Source of the DNA: Escherichia phage vB_vPM_PD114
Sequence record: MH675927.1
Length of the DNA: 64,000 nucleotides
Reading direction: 5' to 3' (one strand)
Within the stretch, counting starts at the first letter, position 1. Each line of letters begins with the position of its first letter. Both the position numbers and the translations under genes were made by a program. Positions 1 through 9,219 of the stretch are shown here, in pieces. The notes beneath the pieces were generated by a model. That model saw nothing but the letters and a program-made list of their open reading frames with translations, was not told the origin of the DNA and made no database searches.

Positions 1-747
1 AGCCTACTTTCTTAAAAGCGCAATAAATTAGAATTATCTTGATTTTTAGGGCGTTTTATAGTATAGAAAATATGCAAATGATAATCATTATCAGCTATCT
101 TCCACGGGTGGCACTATTTCACGCAGGAGCATTTCATTTGGCAAGGTGTATATAGATGTTTAGAAATGCCAAGCCATTGATTTACTTAAGATTTATTTGT
201 TTTATTGGGAATAGTGCCTTTATTGCTCAGAAAATAATCAAAAGTCTTATAAGTCATTGAATGATAATGCAAATGATAATAATTCTCATTGATATTTGAG
301 GGGGACGGTCGGCAGAAATCGGGGGGGCGCTAAAAATCGCGTTAAGCACCTCTCGCAAGCGAGCAGTATTTTGCGGCAAGTTATTGATATTATTGACTTT
401 ACGCTTATGAAAAGGGGGTGTGTCGAAATAAATCGGGTATACCGGAAAATTTTTGTGGCATAGATATTTATTTGTCTATATTATGTACAAAGGGGTGTGT
501 TAAAAATAATAGGTATATATAGAATAATTGATAGGGAAATCCTATACTAAATCCTTCATTAATGATGTTCCTATGTTGCTGTTCTTGTAACAGATGAAAA
601 GAAGCTATATGATGTGTGGCATGAAACGTAAATTTATAAGATGCAAATAATGCTTGCATTGAATAGAAATGTCTGTATAGTGGTTTGCATACCGCGCACG
701 ACGCGTTTCCATTTTCAATAAAATGTTAGCATTATGGGAGGTAGAAA
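1..747. other. AT-rich noncoding region with direct repeats upstream of the first + strand gene
   Basis: no ORF with SD; atgcaaatgataat present twice (approx 72-86, 269-283); two copies of aaGGGGTGTGT..AAATAA..GGTATA (approx 410-441, 489-520); promoter-like TTGCAT-N16-TATAGT approx 653-690. Confidence 0.5.
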
Positions 748-1209
748 ATGAGACAACTATCTATACTGGAAGCACATGTGCAATGTGTTGCAGATTATGT
801 CAAAGAACACTCAAGTTTGTTGGATGTAACCTGTGCAGTGCAAAATGATGTAGGTATTGTCTGTGTGCGACATATCTTATCTGAAACTCGTTATGAAGTA
901 TTTCGTGCCAAGTTGTTTGGATGTGATCAAGTGCATGTAAACTTCTTGGATTCCAATTTTCGTTATGCTTTAGAAAATATTGATGATTATCTTCCTTGCT
1001 CTCCGACCGGATATGTGATGATGGCAGCAAATGAAGTAACACCAAGCAACAATGAGCGGGAAACTTTGTTACGGAAGAAAATACGCCAACTGCAAGTGTT
1101 GAATGAAATGAAAGAAGAGATTGAAAAAGAACTGAAAGAAGATTTTGGTATGCTTCCAAAAGATGCTTTGAAATGGTATGATGAACTAGGAGAGGAAAGT
1201 TATGAATAA
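748..1209 (+). CDS. hypothetical protein (paralog of 7246..7497)
   Basis: track ORF; SD ggaggtagaaa before ATG; shares SLL.VT..V.N..G.V.V.H.LS.T.Y.VF pattern with 7246..7497. Confidence 0.6.
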   Translation: MRQLSILEAHVQCVADYVKEHSSLLDVTCAVQNDVGIVCVRHILSETRYEVFRAKLFGCDQVHVNFLDSNFRYALENIDDYLPCSPTGYVMMAANEVTPSNNERETLLRKKIRQLQVLNEMKEEIEKELKEDFGMLPKDALKWYDELGEESYE

Positions 1210-1378
1210 AGAAACTACTGTGTACTTAGTAACAAAGAATACCCCAGGCTGGAGCCAATGCAGCACTGTTCCTTACAAAATCTGTGCAACACTCGAACTA
1301 GCACAACGTGCAGAAGCAGAAGTGAATGCCATGCAATACAGCTATGGTGAAATCATTCCTTTTACTCTTGAACAATAA
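1202..1378 (+). CDS. small hypothetical protein (58 aa)
   Basis: ATG overlapping previous stop (ATGAATAA); fills gap to next gene; below track size cutoff. Confidence 0.35.
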   Translation: MNKETTVYLVTKNTPGWSQCSTVPYKICATLELAQRAEAEVNAMQYSYGEIIPFTLEQ

Positions 1379-1389
1379 GGAGTTGTGTA

Positions 1390-1845
1390 ATGTTTGAAAT
1401 TGGTAAAGTATATCGTTTTAAAAACGCATCTTATATCCGTAAGTTTGCTAATGTGTCTGAGTGCAATAGCAGAATTGCTTCTTTCTTAGGTGATTCCTGC
1501 TTTCGTGTATTAGATGTGGATGATTGGTATGGTGTCACTTCTTTGCAATCCTTAGCAGGAGAACAAGAAATTATCACTCAAAACGAAGGAGACTTTGTTC
1601 TGTGTTACACCTTACTTGCAGAAGCTGAGTTTGAATACTTTGTAGAAGTAGTAGTAGAGGAAGCACCAAAAAGTAAACATGAAGAGAAATACCTGCTCGT
1701 AGTGGACGGAGTTCCAATCATGGAAACCATCTACCGTGAGGAAGTTGAAAAAGAGGCAAAACGTTACAAGCTGGATCGTACACAGAGCGTAGTTGAAGTA
1801 TATTCTCTTATTGGTGTTGCAGATATTCATGTGAACATTGTATAA
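1390..1845 (+). CDS. hypothetical protein
   Basis: track ORF; SD aaggag upstream. Confidence 0.6.
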   Translation: MFEIGKVYRFKNASYIRKFANVSECNSRIASFLGDSCFRVLDVDDWYGVTSLQSLAGEQEIITQNEGDFVLCYTLLAEAEFEYFVEVVVEEAPKSKHEEKYLLVVDGVPIMETIYREEVEKEAKRYKLDRTQSVVEVYSLIGVADIHVNIV

Positions 1846-2059
1846 TATGTGTAATGATAGATACATTCTTCGTGTATCTGATAAGTCTCCAATGTTTGAC
1901 TGGCGGGGCTGGTGGTTACTAGCTCCGATGCAAGGTCTAACAGACGTGGAAAAGGAGGCTTATGTGTATACAAAAGAAGAGATAGAAGATAGCCTTTATT
2001 TGACAGATAATATTAAGAATGGTATCTTTGAGTGTAAATTGAAAGGAGAGGAAGAATGA
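1838..2059 (+). CDS. hypothetical protein
   Basis: track ORF in compact same-strand array; start uncertain. Confidence 0.45.
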   Translation: MYNMCNDRYILRVSDKSPMFDWRGWWLLAPMQGLTDVEKEAYVYTKEEIEDSLYLTDNIKNGIFECKLKGEEE

Positions 2060-2355
2060 CTGTTACAGAAAAACTGCGCTGTATTGCAAAGCAAAGTGGA
2101 GAAGGCTTGTGGTTTCCTATTGATGAAGTTATTCAGGATTGTTATGATCAGGCAAAAACTGGCAAATACTCCAAGGCATTTAAACCATCTGTTTTCGGTT
2201 TGGATGACTATCCGACAAATGAACAAGCAAGGAAACGCCAAGTGGATTTGATTGATCTTGCTATGGAAGCACTGCGAGAGCGTGGACTTAGTAAGGTGTA
2301 TGCTTTAAACACCAAAGAAGGTTTTGTAGATTCAGTGATCGTAGACTGGCATTAA
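2056..2355 (+). CDS. hypothetical protein
   Basis: track ORF; SD aggagaggaaga before ATG; ATGA overlap with upstream stop. Confidence 0.6.
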   Translation: MTVTEKLRCIAKQSGEGLWFPIDEVIQDCYDQAKTGKYSKAFKPSVFGLDDYPTNEQARKRQVDLIDLAMEALRERGLSKVYALNTKEGFVDSVIVDWH

Positions 2356-2364
2356 GGATAGATC

Positions 2365-2733
2365 ATGCAAGAGAATAATAAAGTGTGTAACATGAAAAGC
2401 AGCCCCTATTTGCTACAATTTTATGAGTGGTGGTTAGAACAAGAAGATACAAACTTTAGCAAAAAGCATTATGGTCTTTGCACGTGTCTTGTAGACTTCT
2501 TATACAATATTGCTTGGATAAAAGACGTTGAGAATGTAGCAAACCTTCAAGCCTCTGTACGAGAGGAAATGAAGGAACAGTTTAAGAAAGCAGGTTTGAA
2601 CCATTTACATCCATTTAATACAGATTTCTCACATTACTTTACGGAAACAGAGTTAGGCATTGCACACCTTAACAAAGAACGTGTACAATGGGTGATTGAT
2701 CGTATTCGTGATATGGAGGAATACAATGGTTAA
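2365..2733 (+). CDS. hypothetical protein (paralog of 3643..4227)
   Basis: track ORF; shares LLQFY, LHPFN and HLN.KR..WV motifs with 3643..4227. Confidence 0.6.
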   Translation: MQENNKVCNMKSSPYLLQFYEWWLEQEDTNFSKKHYGLCTCLVDFLYNIAWIKDVENVANLQASVREEMKEQFKKAGLNHLHPFNTDFSHYFTETELGIAHLNKERVQWVIDRIRDMEEYNG

Positions 2734-2935
2734 GTTTAAAACTTTCTGTGCAATCTCTGTTTGTCTTATTCTTGCATACGTGTTATTCTCTGGTATCATT
2801 CGTTTAGGTGAGCATATGGCAAGAGAAGCTCGTGAAAGTGAAGCTAAAAAAGAACAGTGTATTGTGTTCAAGCATCAAAGGGATGCTGAAAAATTTCTTG
2901 AACAGGATTGTGGGCGCTATGTGAATTATAATTAG
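2726..2935 (+). CDS. small membrane protein (paralog of 7721..7945)
   Basis: internal ATG overlapping upstream stop chosen over track start 2696; one hydrophobic helix; C.I.KH..AE.FL..C motif shared with 7721..7945. Confidence 0.5.
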   Translation: MVKFKTFCAISVCLILAYVLFSGIIRLGEHMAREARESEAKKEQCIVFKHQRDAEKFLEQDCGRYVNYN

Positions 2936-2944
2936 GAGGGAAGT

Positions 2945-3193
2945 ATGTTAGATATTTTTACCTTTGATCGTGTTGGTACACCGATTACCGAAGAAGAACG
3001 TACCAAAATTGAACAAGAATTGGATGCTTTACGTGCGTCTCTTACAGACACAGCCTCACTACAACGTGAAGCTGCACATCTCACAGAGATCACTGGTATT
3101 CAGTGGAGCACGGAGTGGGTTGTAATTACAATTGAAGCGGATATTTGGGGACATGAAGAGACGCTACGTACCGGAGTAGTAACGATTTGGTGA
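2945..3193 (+). CDS. hypothetical protein
   Basis: track ORF; SD taggaggg upstream. Confidence 0.6.
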   Translation: MLDIFTFDRVGTPITEEERTKIEQELDALRASLTDTASLQREAAHLTEITGIQWSTEWVVITIEADIWGHEETLRTGVVTIW

Positions 3194-3239
3194 TAGATGT
3201 TATTCTTTTGTGTTTCTTGATATATAAATAGGAGGGTTT

Positions 3240-3464
3240 ATGGTAAAACGTCTGGAATGGGATGCGTGTACTGTTCACGCTTGTCACTGCGATATTGTGG
3301 AAGATCCTAATGGAGAAATGGTGTATTATGAAGATTACGAAGCATTGCACAATGCTGTGATTGCTTTGCTGGATGATATTAGCTCACGCTACCCAGGACA
3401 ACAGTTTACGTGTCCACATATTCAACTGTTAGCCAAACTTACGGAGTATCCAAGTGTTCCATAA
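3240..3464 (+). CDS. hypothetical Cys/His-rich protein (paralog of 8606..8869)
   Basis: track ORF; SD aggaggg; shares CDIV.DP.G..V...DY motif with 8606..8869. Confidence 0.6.
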   Translation: MVKRLEWDACTVHACHCDIVEDPNGEMVYYEDYEALHNAVIALLDDISSRYPGQQFTCPHIQLLAKLTEYPSVP

Positions 3465-3465
3465 T

Positions 3466-3633
3466 ATGGGTGTCCCTGAACAACTACTCTTTATTGTAGG
3501 ACTAGTAGGCTTATTGGCGGCTGGAGCTAAAGCCGCTTCTCACACGCGTCACATAATGTTAAGATTTCTATTCCTGCTCCCTTCTATCCTCGTACTACTA
3601 GTCATACTGATCGATAACATTTTTCACAATTAA
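3466..3633 (+). CDS. small hydrophobic protein (55 aa)
   Basis: ORF filling gap 3465-3642; strongly hydrophobic; no clear SD. Confidence 0.3.
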   Translation: MGVPEQLLFIVGLVGLLAAGAKAASHTRHIMLRFLFLLPSILVLLVILIDNIFHN

Positions 3634-3642
3634 GGAGAGGTC

Positions 3643-4227
3643 ATGAGTAAAATTATACCAAGCAGTTATGAATTATTGCAGTTTTATGTATATTATATAG
3701 ACTGGGTTACTAGATCGAATGTTAAAGACAATGCGATGTTTAGTAAAAATATCTGTTTAACGGAAAGTATCTTCCGTTATTGGCACACAGGCAGAAAGTG
3801 TACACACAGTGAAGCTATGCGCATTGTAGGAGAATATCTGGAGCAATTACAAAAAGCAGAACTTCCTGTCCTTCACCCATTCAACGAATCTAAAGAAGAA
3901 TTAGAACAAGAGTGTAGAGAAGGTAAGTGCCATTTGAATGAAAAACGTATTGAATGGGTAAGGCAACGTTTAGCCGATGCAGGAAAGACTCCTAGTGACT
4001 CTGACTATACGTGGTACGATGTAGAGGGTTTAGTTCAAGGTTTTGAGGCTTGTGCTATAGATAATACCAACTTTGCCAAAGTTTTATGCGAGGTTTATGA
4101 TCTGGCAGATAAAATCCGAAATCAAGGATGGAAACAAGAGCATAAAGAATCATATGAACGTCTTGACAAGATTTTCAAACAGATCTATTCTAACCACAAA
4201 GAGATGTTCCAAATGGAGGATGTGTAA
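3643..4227 (+). CDS. hypothetical protein (paralog of 2365..2733)
   Basis: track ORF; SD taaggagagg. Confidence 0.6.
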   Translation: MSKIIPSSYELLQFYVYYIDWVTRSNVKDNAMFSKNICLTESIFRYWHTGRKCTHSEAMRIVGEYLEQLQKAELPVLHPFNESKEELEQECREGKCHLNEKRIEWVRQRLADAGKTPSDSDYTWYDVEGLVQGFEACAIDNTNFAKVLCEVYDLADKIRNQGWKQEHKESYERLDKIFKQIYSNHKEMFQMEDV

Positions 4228-4910
4228 TGAAAGAGACTATGTTTGAAGGTCATCGTTACGAAGTTCCAGACAATGCAAATTTTATGGCTCGTGATATCAC
4301 TGGAGATGTGTTCTGGTTTGAAGATGAACCTGTGTTTTCGAACAAACATTGGTTTTCACAACAATCTTCTTCTGAAAATATGACTTTTGGCTACGTAGAA
4401 CCTAAAGTCCGTTGCAGAGCAGCTTCTTCTTTGGTAAAAATTTCCCAAGATAATGAAGAAAATACTCCAGATGTTGTTAGTGCACTACTGAAGTACATTG
4501 CAGAACTTGAGAAGAAAATTAAAGAAGCAGAAACTAAGGTGAAAGCACGATCAGCAATCATTGAAGCTATGTCTGAACGTATTTTAGAACTAGAAGATTT
4601 GTGTGGAGAGGCTTATCAAGTGGTTGGTGCACTGGCTTGTGAAGCACAAATGTTTGAAACTTCAGAGCAAGTTTCACATATGTTAGATAATTTGAGTGAA
4701 TGTAAAATGATTCATGATGATGTATTGCCATTCTGTTGCAATGTTAACAAAACAGAGCAAACAGAAGATTCAGAAACAGTTTATGTTCCGCTAATGTGTG
4801 TTCCAGATCATCTAAAAGGTGTATTCTCTTGCAAATGGTCACTGTTGAGCGTTACTAATTGTGGTGAAAACTATTCTGCTAACATTGAATTGCTAAAACA
4901 CGTTAAATAA
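4227..4910 (+). CDS. hypothetical protein
   Basis: track ORF; TAATG overlap with upstream gene. Confidence 0.55.
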   Translation: MKETMFEGHRYEVPDNANFMARDITGDVFWFEDEPVFSNKHWFSQQSSSENMTFGYVEPKVRCRAASSLVKISQDNEENTPDVVSALLKYIAELEKKIKEAETKVKARSAIIEAMSERILELEDLCGEAYQVVGALACEAQMFETSEQVSHMLDNLSECKMIHDDVLPFCCNVNKTEQTEDSETVYVPLMCVPDHLKGVFSCKWSLLSVTNCGENYSANIELLKHVK

Positions 4911-4920
4911 GGAGAGTAAG

Positions 4921-5325
4921 ATGTGGTCTGTTAAAATCAAATATAATGCGCAGTATTATGGTGGAAAACCTTACGAAGTTGTTATTTGTGACTGTATCTC
5001 TAAAGAAGTTGCACAGCTTTGTGGTGCTGGTGTTAGTGAAGCTATGAACAAAATGCATAATTCTACTGTGCGTTTCCTGGATCGGGATATTCCAGAAGAT
5101 GTAAATGACTATGGTTACGAAGTTATTTACAGTGAAGGTAAGAAGCTCTCTATTGAAGATGCACTTAAAGCACTACCTGCTATGTGCAACCCGACACCAG
5201 AAGCAGTTAAAGAGATTTTACCAGAATCCAACCCCGATGAATATGCTTCTATGGTTGCTTCAGATATGTGGAATCTCTGTCGAGAAACTATGATTAAAAA
5301 TCTTGTGGAAATGGCACATGAGTAA
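4921..5325 (+). CDS. hypothetical protein
   Basis: track ORF; SD taaggagag. Confidence 0.6.
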   Translation: MWSVKIKYNAQYYGGKPYEVVICDCISKEVAQLCGAGVSEAMNKMHNSTVRFLDRDIPEDVNDYGYEVIYSEGKKLSIEDALKALPAMCNPTPEAVKEILPESNPDEYASMVASDMWNLCRETMIKNLVEMAHE

Positions 5326-5536
5326 AACGCACTTTATACATCCGTTTGATCCAAAGAACAAGGCGGTTATACACCGCCGTTGGACTGAAACGCGCATTAC
5401 AAAATGTCCTGTGCCAGCAGCACAGGAATATAACAAAACATATAAAGCAGAATTTGTGGAGTACACCTTTGTGAATAACAAAGGGAAGGAGGTTTATGTT
5501 CCAGAATACTGCCTTTGGATAAAATGGGAGGAGTAA
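5318..5536 (+). CDS. hypothetical protein
   Basis: track ORF 5303..5536 trimmed to ATG overlapping upstream stop. Confidence 0.5.
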   Translation: MSKTHFIHPFDPKNKAVIHRRWTETRITKCPVPAAQEYNKTYKAEFVEYTFVNNKGKEVYVPEYCLWIKWEE

Positions 5537-5703
5537 TGCAAACATTTTTTATCGACAAGTTCAACAAAAATATGAACACGTGGATGGCAACATTCACTAT
5601 GCAATTTGCGTCATTTAAAGAGGCTCAAGAATGGTGCGATCAACACAAGGATTTTGATTTTTACTATCAAATTAATCCAAATCTCTCTCCAGAGGAGAAA
5701 TAA
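5536..5703 (+). CDS. hypothetical protein
   Basis: track ORF 5515..5703 trimmed to internal ATG preceded by ggagg. Confidence 0.5.
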   Translation: MQTFFIDKFNKNMNTWMATFTMQFASFKEAQEWCDQHKDFDFYYQINPNLSPEEK

Positions 5704-5704
5704 C

Positions 5705-6055
5705 ATGTTGGCTGATATTGAAATCCTTATGTACCGACAAGGTATGATCAAGATGTGGCTGGATTCTTTTAGCAACATATACTGCACAGTGCGATCAGCA
5801 GAGGAGCGTAAAACGCTTATTTTATCTGCTATTGTTGATAAACAACGTTTCTTCAAAGAAGTTTTGCAAACAGGATTCTCCGATGCAGGAGTAGAGATTG
5901 CAACTCTTAGTCTTGGGGTGCTGTCTTACTTGGAGTCCGTTGTTTTATATGTCTTCTCTTTAGAAGAAGACTTGCAATTGGAAGCATTAAAACTTATTCT
6001 AAATGCTGCAATTGACATAGAACAAAACAGAATTGATTCTTTTGAAGAAAAATAA
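5705..6055 (+). CDS. hypothetical protein
   Basis: track ORF 5606..6055 trimmed to ATG just after upstream stop. Confidence 0.5.
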   Translation: MLADIEILMYRQGMIKMWLDSFSNIYCTVRSAEERKTLILSAIVDKQRFFKEVLQTGFSDAGVEIATLSLGVLSYLESVVLYVFSLEEDLQLEALKLILNAAIDIEQNRIDSFEEK

Positions 6056-6065
6056 GGAGAAAACT

Positions 6066-6524
6066 ATGCAAGAGGTTAAACATTATCCACATGGTCGTAG
6101 TTTTGTAGCTGTATGGCATGTTCCGGCTCGTAATGAACTTTTTTGTGCATCTTTTCATTATAAAGATGGACAATATTTCACCTATGACGAAACGATGGAT
6201 GATTTTATCCCAGAGTGCGATCATGGGTATACACCAATGTTCTTTAAACGTATGAAAGCTCGTTTCTTCGTTACAGATGTTGATGGTGAACCTACTTGGC
6301 ACATCGAAGAAGATTGGCAAGATTCTGTGGATATTAAAGAAGCCCCAGAATGGGCTACACTACTGGTACACGTCAAAACCCCTACCCTTGACGTTATGGC
6401 GTGGGTTAATCATGATGACACCCATTTCCAATACATAAATAGTAGCACAGAAATTTCTGGCGAGATTATTGGTCGTTGGAAGCCTACGAATCAGGTTGCT
6501 ATTGTCGGGTATAAGACTGTATAA
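6066..6524 (+). CDS. hypothetical protein
   Basis: track ORF 6033..6524 trimmed to ATG preceded by aaggagaaaac. Confidence 0.55.
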   Translation: MQEVKHYPHGRSFVAVWHVPARNELFCASFHYKDGQYFTYDETMDDFIPECDHGYTPMFFKRMKARFFVTDVDGEPTWHIEEDWQDSVDIKEAPEWATLLVHVKTPTLDVMAWVNHDDTHFQYINSSTEISGEIIGRWKPTNQVAIVGYKTV

Positions 6525-6525
6525 T

Positions 6526-6720
6526 ATGAAAAATAGCGTAGATTGGGATGATTTATCCGATTTTGAAAAATGGTTCTTAGGTAGTGGTTGTTATGCAGAT
6601 GAGGATCTCGAAAGAGATCCTTCTGGAAACTACACTATGCCATTAACCCAAGGTTTTTATGAGTGCTGGTGCGCAGCACAAGACAACGTACTGAATAAGG
6701 AGACAACACAATGCAATTAA
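6526..6720 (+). CDS. hypothetical protein
   Basis: track ORF 6469..6720 trimmed to ATG after upstream stop. Confidence 0.5.
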   Translation: MKNSVDWDDLSDFEKWFLGSGCYADEDLERDPSGNYTMPLTQGFYECWCAAQDNVLNKETTQCN

Positions 6721-6950
6721 ACATCGGACAACCAATTTTTGATGCAGATACTGGTCAATATGCAGTAATTGTTGCTCGTATGAGCAATGATGACTTTATT
6801 GTTTCAGAACTACTTGAATCAGATCCGCAACTGCGCGTAGTTTGTGACCTATATCTTCGAGACGAAAGTGATCGCATTGCACTGAAAGAAGATGGTGTGC
6901 TCTACTACACCTGGACTAGAGATCCTGGGGTAACGGAGGTAGAGGTATAA
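6711..6950 (+). CDS. hypothetical protein
   Basis: track ORF; SD aaggagac upstream. Confidence 0.55.
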   Translation: MQLNIGQPIFDADTGQYAVIVARMSNDDFIVSELLESDPQLRVVCDLYLRDESDRIALKEDGVLYYTWTRDPGVTEVEV

Positions 6951-7249
6951 TGGTAAGGAATAGGGGTTTACATAAAAGAAGACACCTTACTTACTGGCAT
7001 CGCAAAGTACATGAACCTGTATCAAAGAAAGAATGGCAATACCTGCCTTATGGAAAGGAGCGAAGAAAGTATTTGTTGGCTCATTTAAGGGTACATGGTT
7101 CGCTTCCTGTTAACAGTAAGTGGCAATTGCAAACAGCTTATGACGAAGATATGAAATATTTGTTAAAGAGAGGCATTATTTGCCTTGTTAAGATAGGGCG
7201 ATGGAAATCTCGTCAATCCTATATCGTACTTAAACAGGAGAAACCATGA
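6950..7249 (+). CDS. hypothetical basic protein
   Basis: track ORF; SD ggaggtagagg; Lys/Arg/His-rich. Confidence 0.55.
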   Translation: MVRNRGLHKRRHLTYWHRKVHEPVSKKEWQYLPYGKERRKYLLAHLRVHGSLPVNSKWQLQTAYDEDMKYLLKRGIICLVKIGRWKSRQSYIVLKQEKP

Positions 7250-7497
7250 ATATCAAAGATGTTGTAGCATACGTAGAAGATGAAGTTAAAAACCATACAA
7301 GTTTACTGAAAGTAACGGTTGTGGTTAAAAATGGTATTGGACAAGTAAACGTACAACATGTCTTATCTGACACTGTATATAATGTGTTTGAATGTAAAGA
7401 AACACCTCATGGAGTACGTGTGGTTTATATTGATAACAATTTCAAAGAATGTGTGAGACATACTTTAAAAAATGAGCTAAGGATCACAACCTTATGA
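7246..7497 (+). CDS. hypothetical protein (paralog of 748..1209)
   Basis: track ORF; SD caggag. Confidence 0.6.
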   Translation: MNIKDVVAYVEDEVKNHTSLLKVTVVVKNGIGQVNVQHVLSDTVYNVFECKETPHGVRVVYIDNNFKECVRHTLKNELRITTL

Positions 7498-7667
7498 GTT
7501 ATTATGTTGTACCTTATGCCAATAAGTGGAGAGTAAGAGAAACTTGTTTTCTATTCTCCTGGTGGGCTACATTCGGAGATGGTTGTGGAAATGATACAGG
7601 AAAGCCTGTAGAGTATGACACAAAAGAAGAATGTGAACAGTGGATAAAATTAACACAAAGATGTTGA
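7494..7667 (+). CDS. small Cys/Trp-rich hypothetical protein (57 aa)
   Basis: ATGA overlap with upstream stop; fills gap before promoter at 7664. Confidence 0.4.
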   Translation: MSYYVVPYANKWRVRETCFLFSWWATFGDGCGNDTGKPVEYDTKEECEQWIKLTQRC

Positions 7668-7692
7668 CACGATCTTAACTTCTTGTTAGTAT
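7664..7692 (+). promoter_or_regulatory. sigma70-like promoter (TTGACA-N17-TAGTAT)
   Basis: near-consensus -35/-10 with 17-nt spacer upstream of 7721 gene. Confidence 0.5.
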
Positions 7693-7720
7693 CAATGTGT
7701 ACTAACGATAAGGAGGGTTT

Positions 7721-7945
7721 ATGAAGTCTGTAAACAAGTTGCAACAATTTTTGTTATCAACAGCAATCTTTTTGCTTTTGTTAATTGGTATTCTGTATGG
7801 TGCATCTAACTTATACAATCTACACAACAATGTAGAACATAACATAGAGAAGTGCACCATTCTAAAACACAATAAACAAGCAGAAGATTTCTTAAAGAAT
7901 AAATGTTACAACTACATTGATTATGAGGAGACAAATAATGATTAA
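7721..7945 (+). CDS. small membrane protein
   Basis: track ORF; SD taaggaggg; N-terminal hydrophobic helix. Confidence 0.6.
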   Translation: MKSVNKLQQFLLSTAIFLLLLIGILYGASNLYNLHNNVEHNIEKCTILKHNKQAEDFLKNKCYNYIDYEETNND

Positions 7946-8180
7946 AGAATTAGGCATGCGAGTATACAGTGAGTGGACTCCAAGCAATGGCCCAGGAGTT
8001 GTTGCAGCTAAGTGTATCAATGGTCGTATTGAGTACCTGGAAGGTTATGAAGATAATGAAGAGTTAGTAGATTATGCTAAATCTTTTATTGAAGATGATA
8101 CAGACTTTATTGTATTATATGATACAGGAGAGTTAGAGTATGGATATGATGGAGATGGGGATATCTTTGAACTTCAATAA
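7938..8180 (+). CDS. hypothetical acidic protein
   Basis: track ORF 7917..8180 trimmed to ATG after gaggag. Confidence 0.55.
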   Translation: MIKELGMRVYSEWTPSNGPGVVAAKCINGRIEYLEGYEDNEELVDYAKSFIEDDTDFIVLYDTGELEYGYDGDGDIFELQ

Positions 8181-8387
8181 GAGTAGTAAGTAAGATATAA
8201 AGAGTATATAGTTAGTTATAGAGTTAGTAACATTACATATACTCTTTCCATGTATAACATGGAATATTCTCTACCTCGCTATCGCTCGGTATATAAGATT
8301 AGGGTAGCATGTTTTTTACGAAAAGTAAAACTGTTTGTACCGATTGATAGCAGGTTTTTAATAGATTTTATCTATGAGGAGTAGAAA

Positions 8388-8606
8388 GTGTACAAATTAT
8401 ATAAAGCAAAAGATAAGTTTACGGGTAATACATCTGGTTTTTATGTAACACCTCGTGGTGTTGCTGTGTTCGATTGGATCTCCGGTACTCCAGATCGTGA
8501 AATGATCTCTCTTGTAAAACTGTCGGAACAAGAGTACACTTACGGTGACATTACAACATTCTATTCTCGTGCAGAAAATCCAAAACTGATTGCGGAGTGG
8601 GAATAA
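8388..8606 (+). CDS. hypothetical protein
   Basis: track ORF; GTG start after gaggag. Confidence 0.5.
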   Translation: MYKLYKAKDKFTGNTSGFYVTPRGVAVFDWISGTPDREMISLVKLSEQEYTYGDITTFYSRAENPKLIAEWE

Positions 8607-8869
8607 TGGTTACACGATATGGCTTAGAGGTGTACAGCCAAGGTGCTGCTGGTCAGTGTGATATTGTACCAGATCCAGAAGGGGATTATGTTCTTCTTGC
8701 TGATTACAATAAACTAGAAGAAAGACTTCTGGCTGTGTATGCTAAAGAGAACAAAACAATCTGCCCTTATTGCAGTGGAATGGGTTGGGTAGTTGCAGAT
8801 GTTGGACAAATGTATGAATGTGTGCCTTGTAAAACCACAGGATTTATTGAAAAGGATACTGACAAATGA
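8606..8869 (+). CDS. hypothetical Cys-rich protein (CxxC pairs)
   Basis: track ORF 8597..8869 trimmed to ATG overlapping upstream stop; CPYCSG and CVPCK motifs. Confidence 0.55.
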   Translation: MVTRYGLEVYSQGAAGQCDIVPDPEGDYVLLADYNKLEERLLAVYAKENKTICPYCSGMGWVVADVGQMYECVPCKTTGFIEKDTDK

Positions 8870-9114
8870 CTGTAGCAGATAAAATGAGAGAACTGGCAGA
8901 AAACGCAGAACTTAACAAAGCAAAGGATAGTCTACAAAATATCTACTCGTATATTGAGAGAGCAGCTAAAGATGGAGACAGAGAAGTTGCTATATACACG
9001 CTTTATCCAACTTTTGTAAAAGTTAACTTGGATGCTGAAGGTTTTTCAACTTTTATTGATACAGAAACATCTCATTACGATGAAAACTTTACTCGAATAG
9101 TTATTCGATGGTAA
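8866..9114 (+). CDS. hypothetical protein
   Basis: track ORF; ATGA overlap. Confidence 0.55.
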   Translation: MTVADKMRELAENAELNKAKDSLQNIYSYIERAAKDGDREVAIYTLYPTFVKVNLDAEGFSTFIDTETSHYDENFTRIVIRW

Positions 9115-9129
9115 ATTTCTGACATTTAT

Positions 9130-9190
9130 GCGCCCTGGCTACCTGGGCGTAATAAATTCAGCTTATATTTGATCCGCGCCTTCGGCGCTT
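9130..9190 (+). promoter_or_regulatory. two GC-rich hairpins in intergenic region (second with UUCG tetraloop)
   Basis: cgccc-N9-gggcg and gcgccTTCGgcgc; no downstream T-run. Confidence 0.35.
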
Positions 9191-9219
9191 AGGCAAAGCC
9201 ACGCCACACAGGAGGGTTT

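Noticed and set aside
468-659. 63-aa ORF on the - strand in the leading noncoding region
   Set aside because: AT-rich low-complexity sequence, no SD, overlaps the repeat region; treated as noncoding.
800-1159. 119-aa ORF on the - strand
   Set aside because: Lies entirely antisense within the well-supported + strand gene 748..1209 and has no ribosome-binding site; most likely a shadow ORF.
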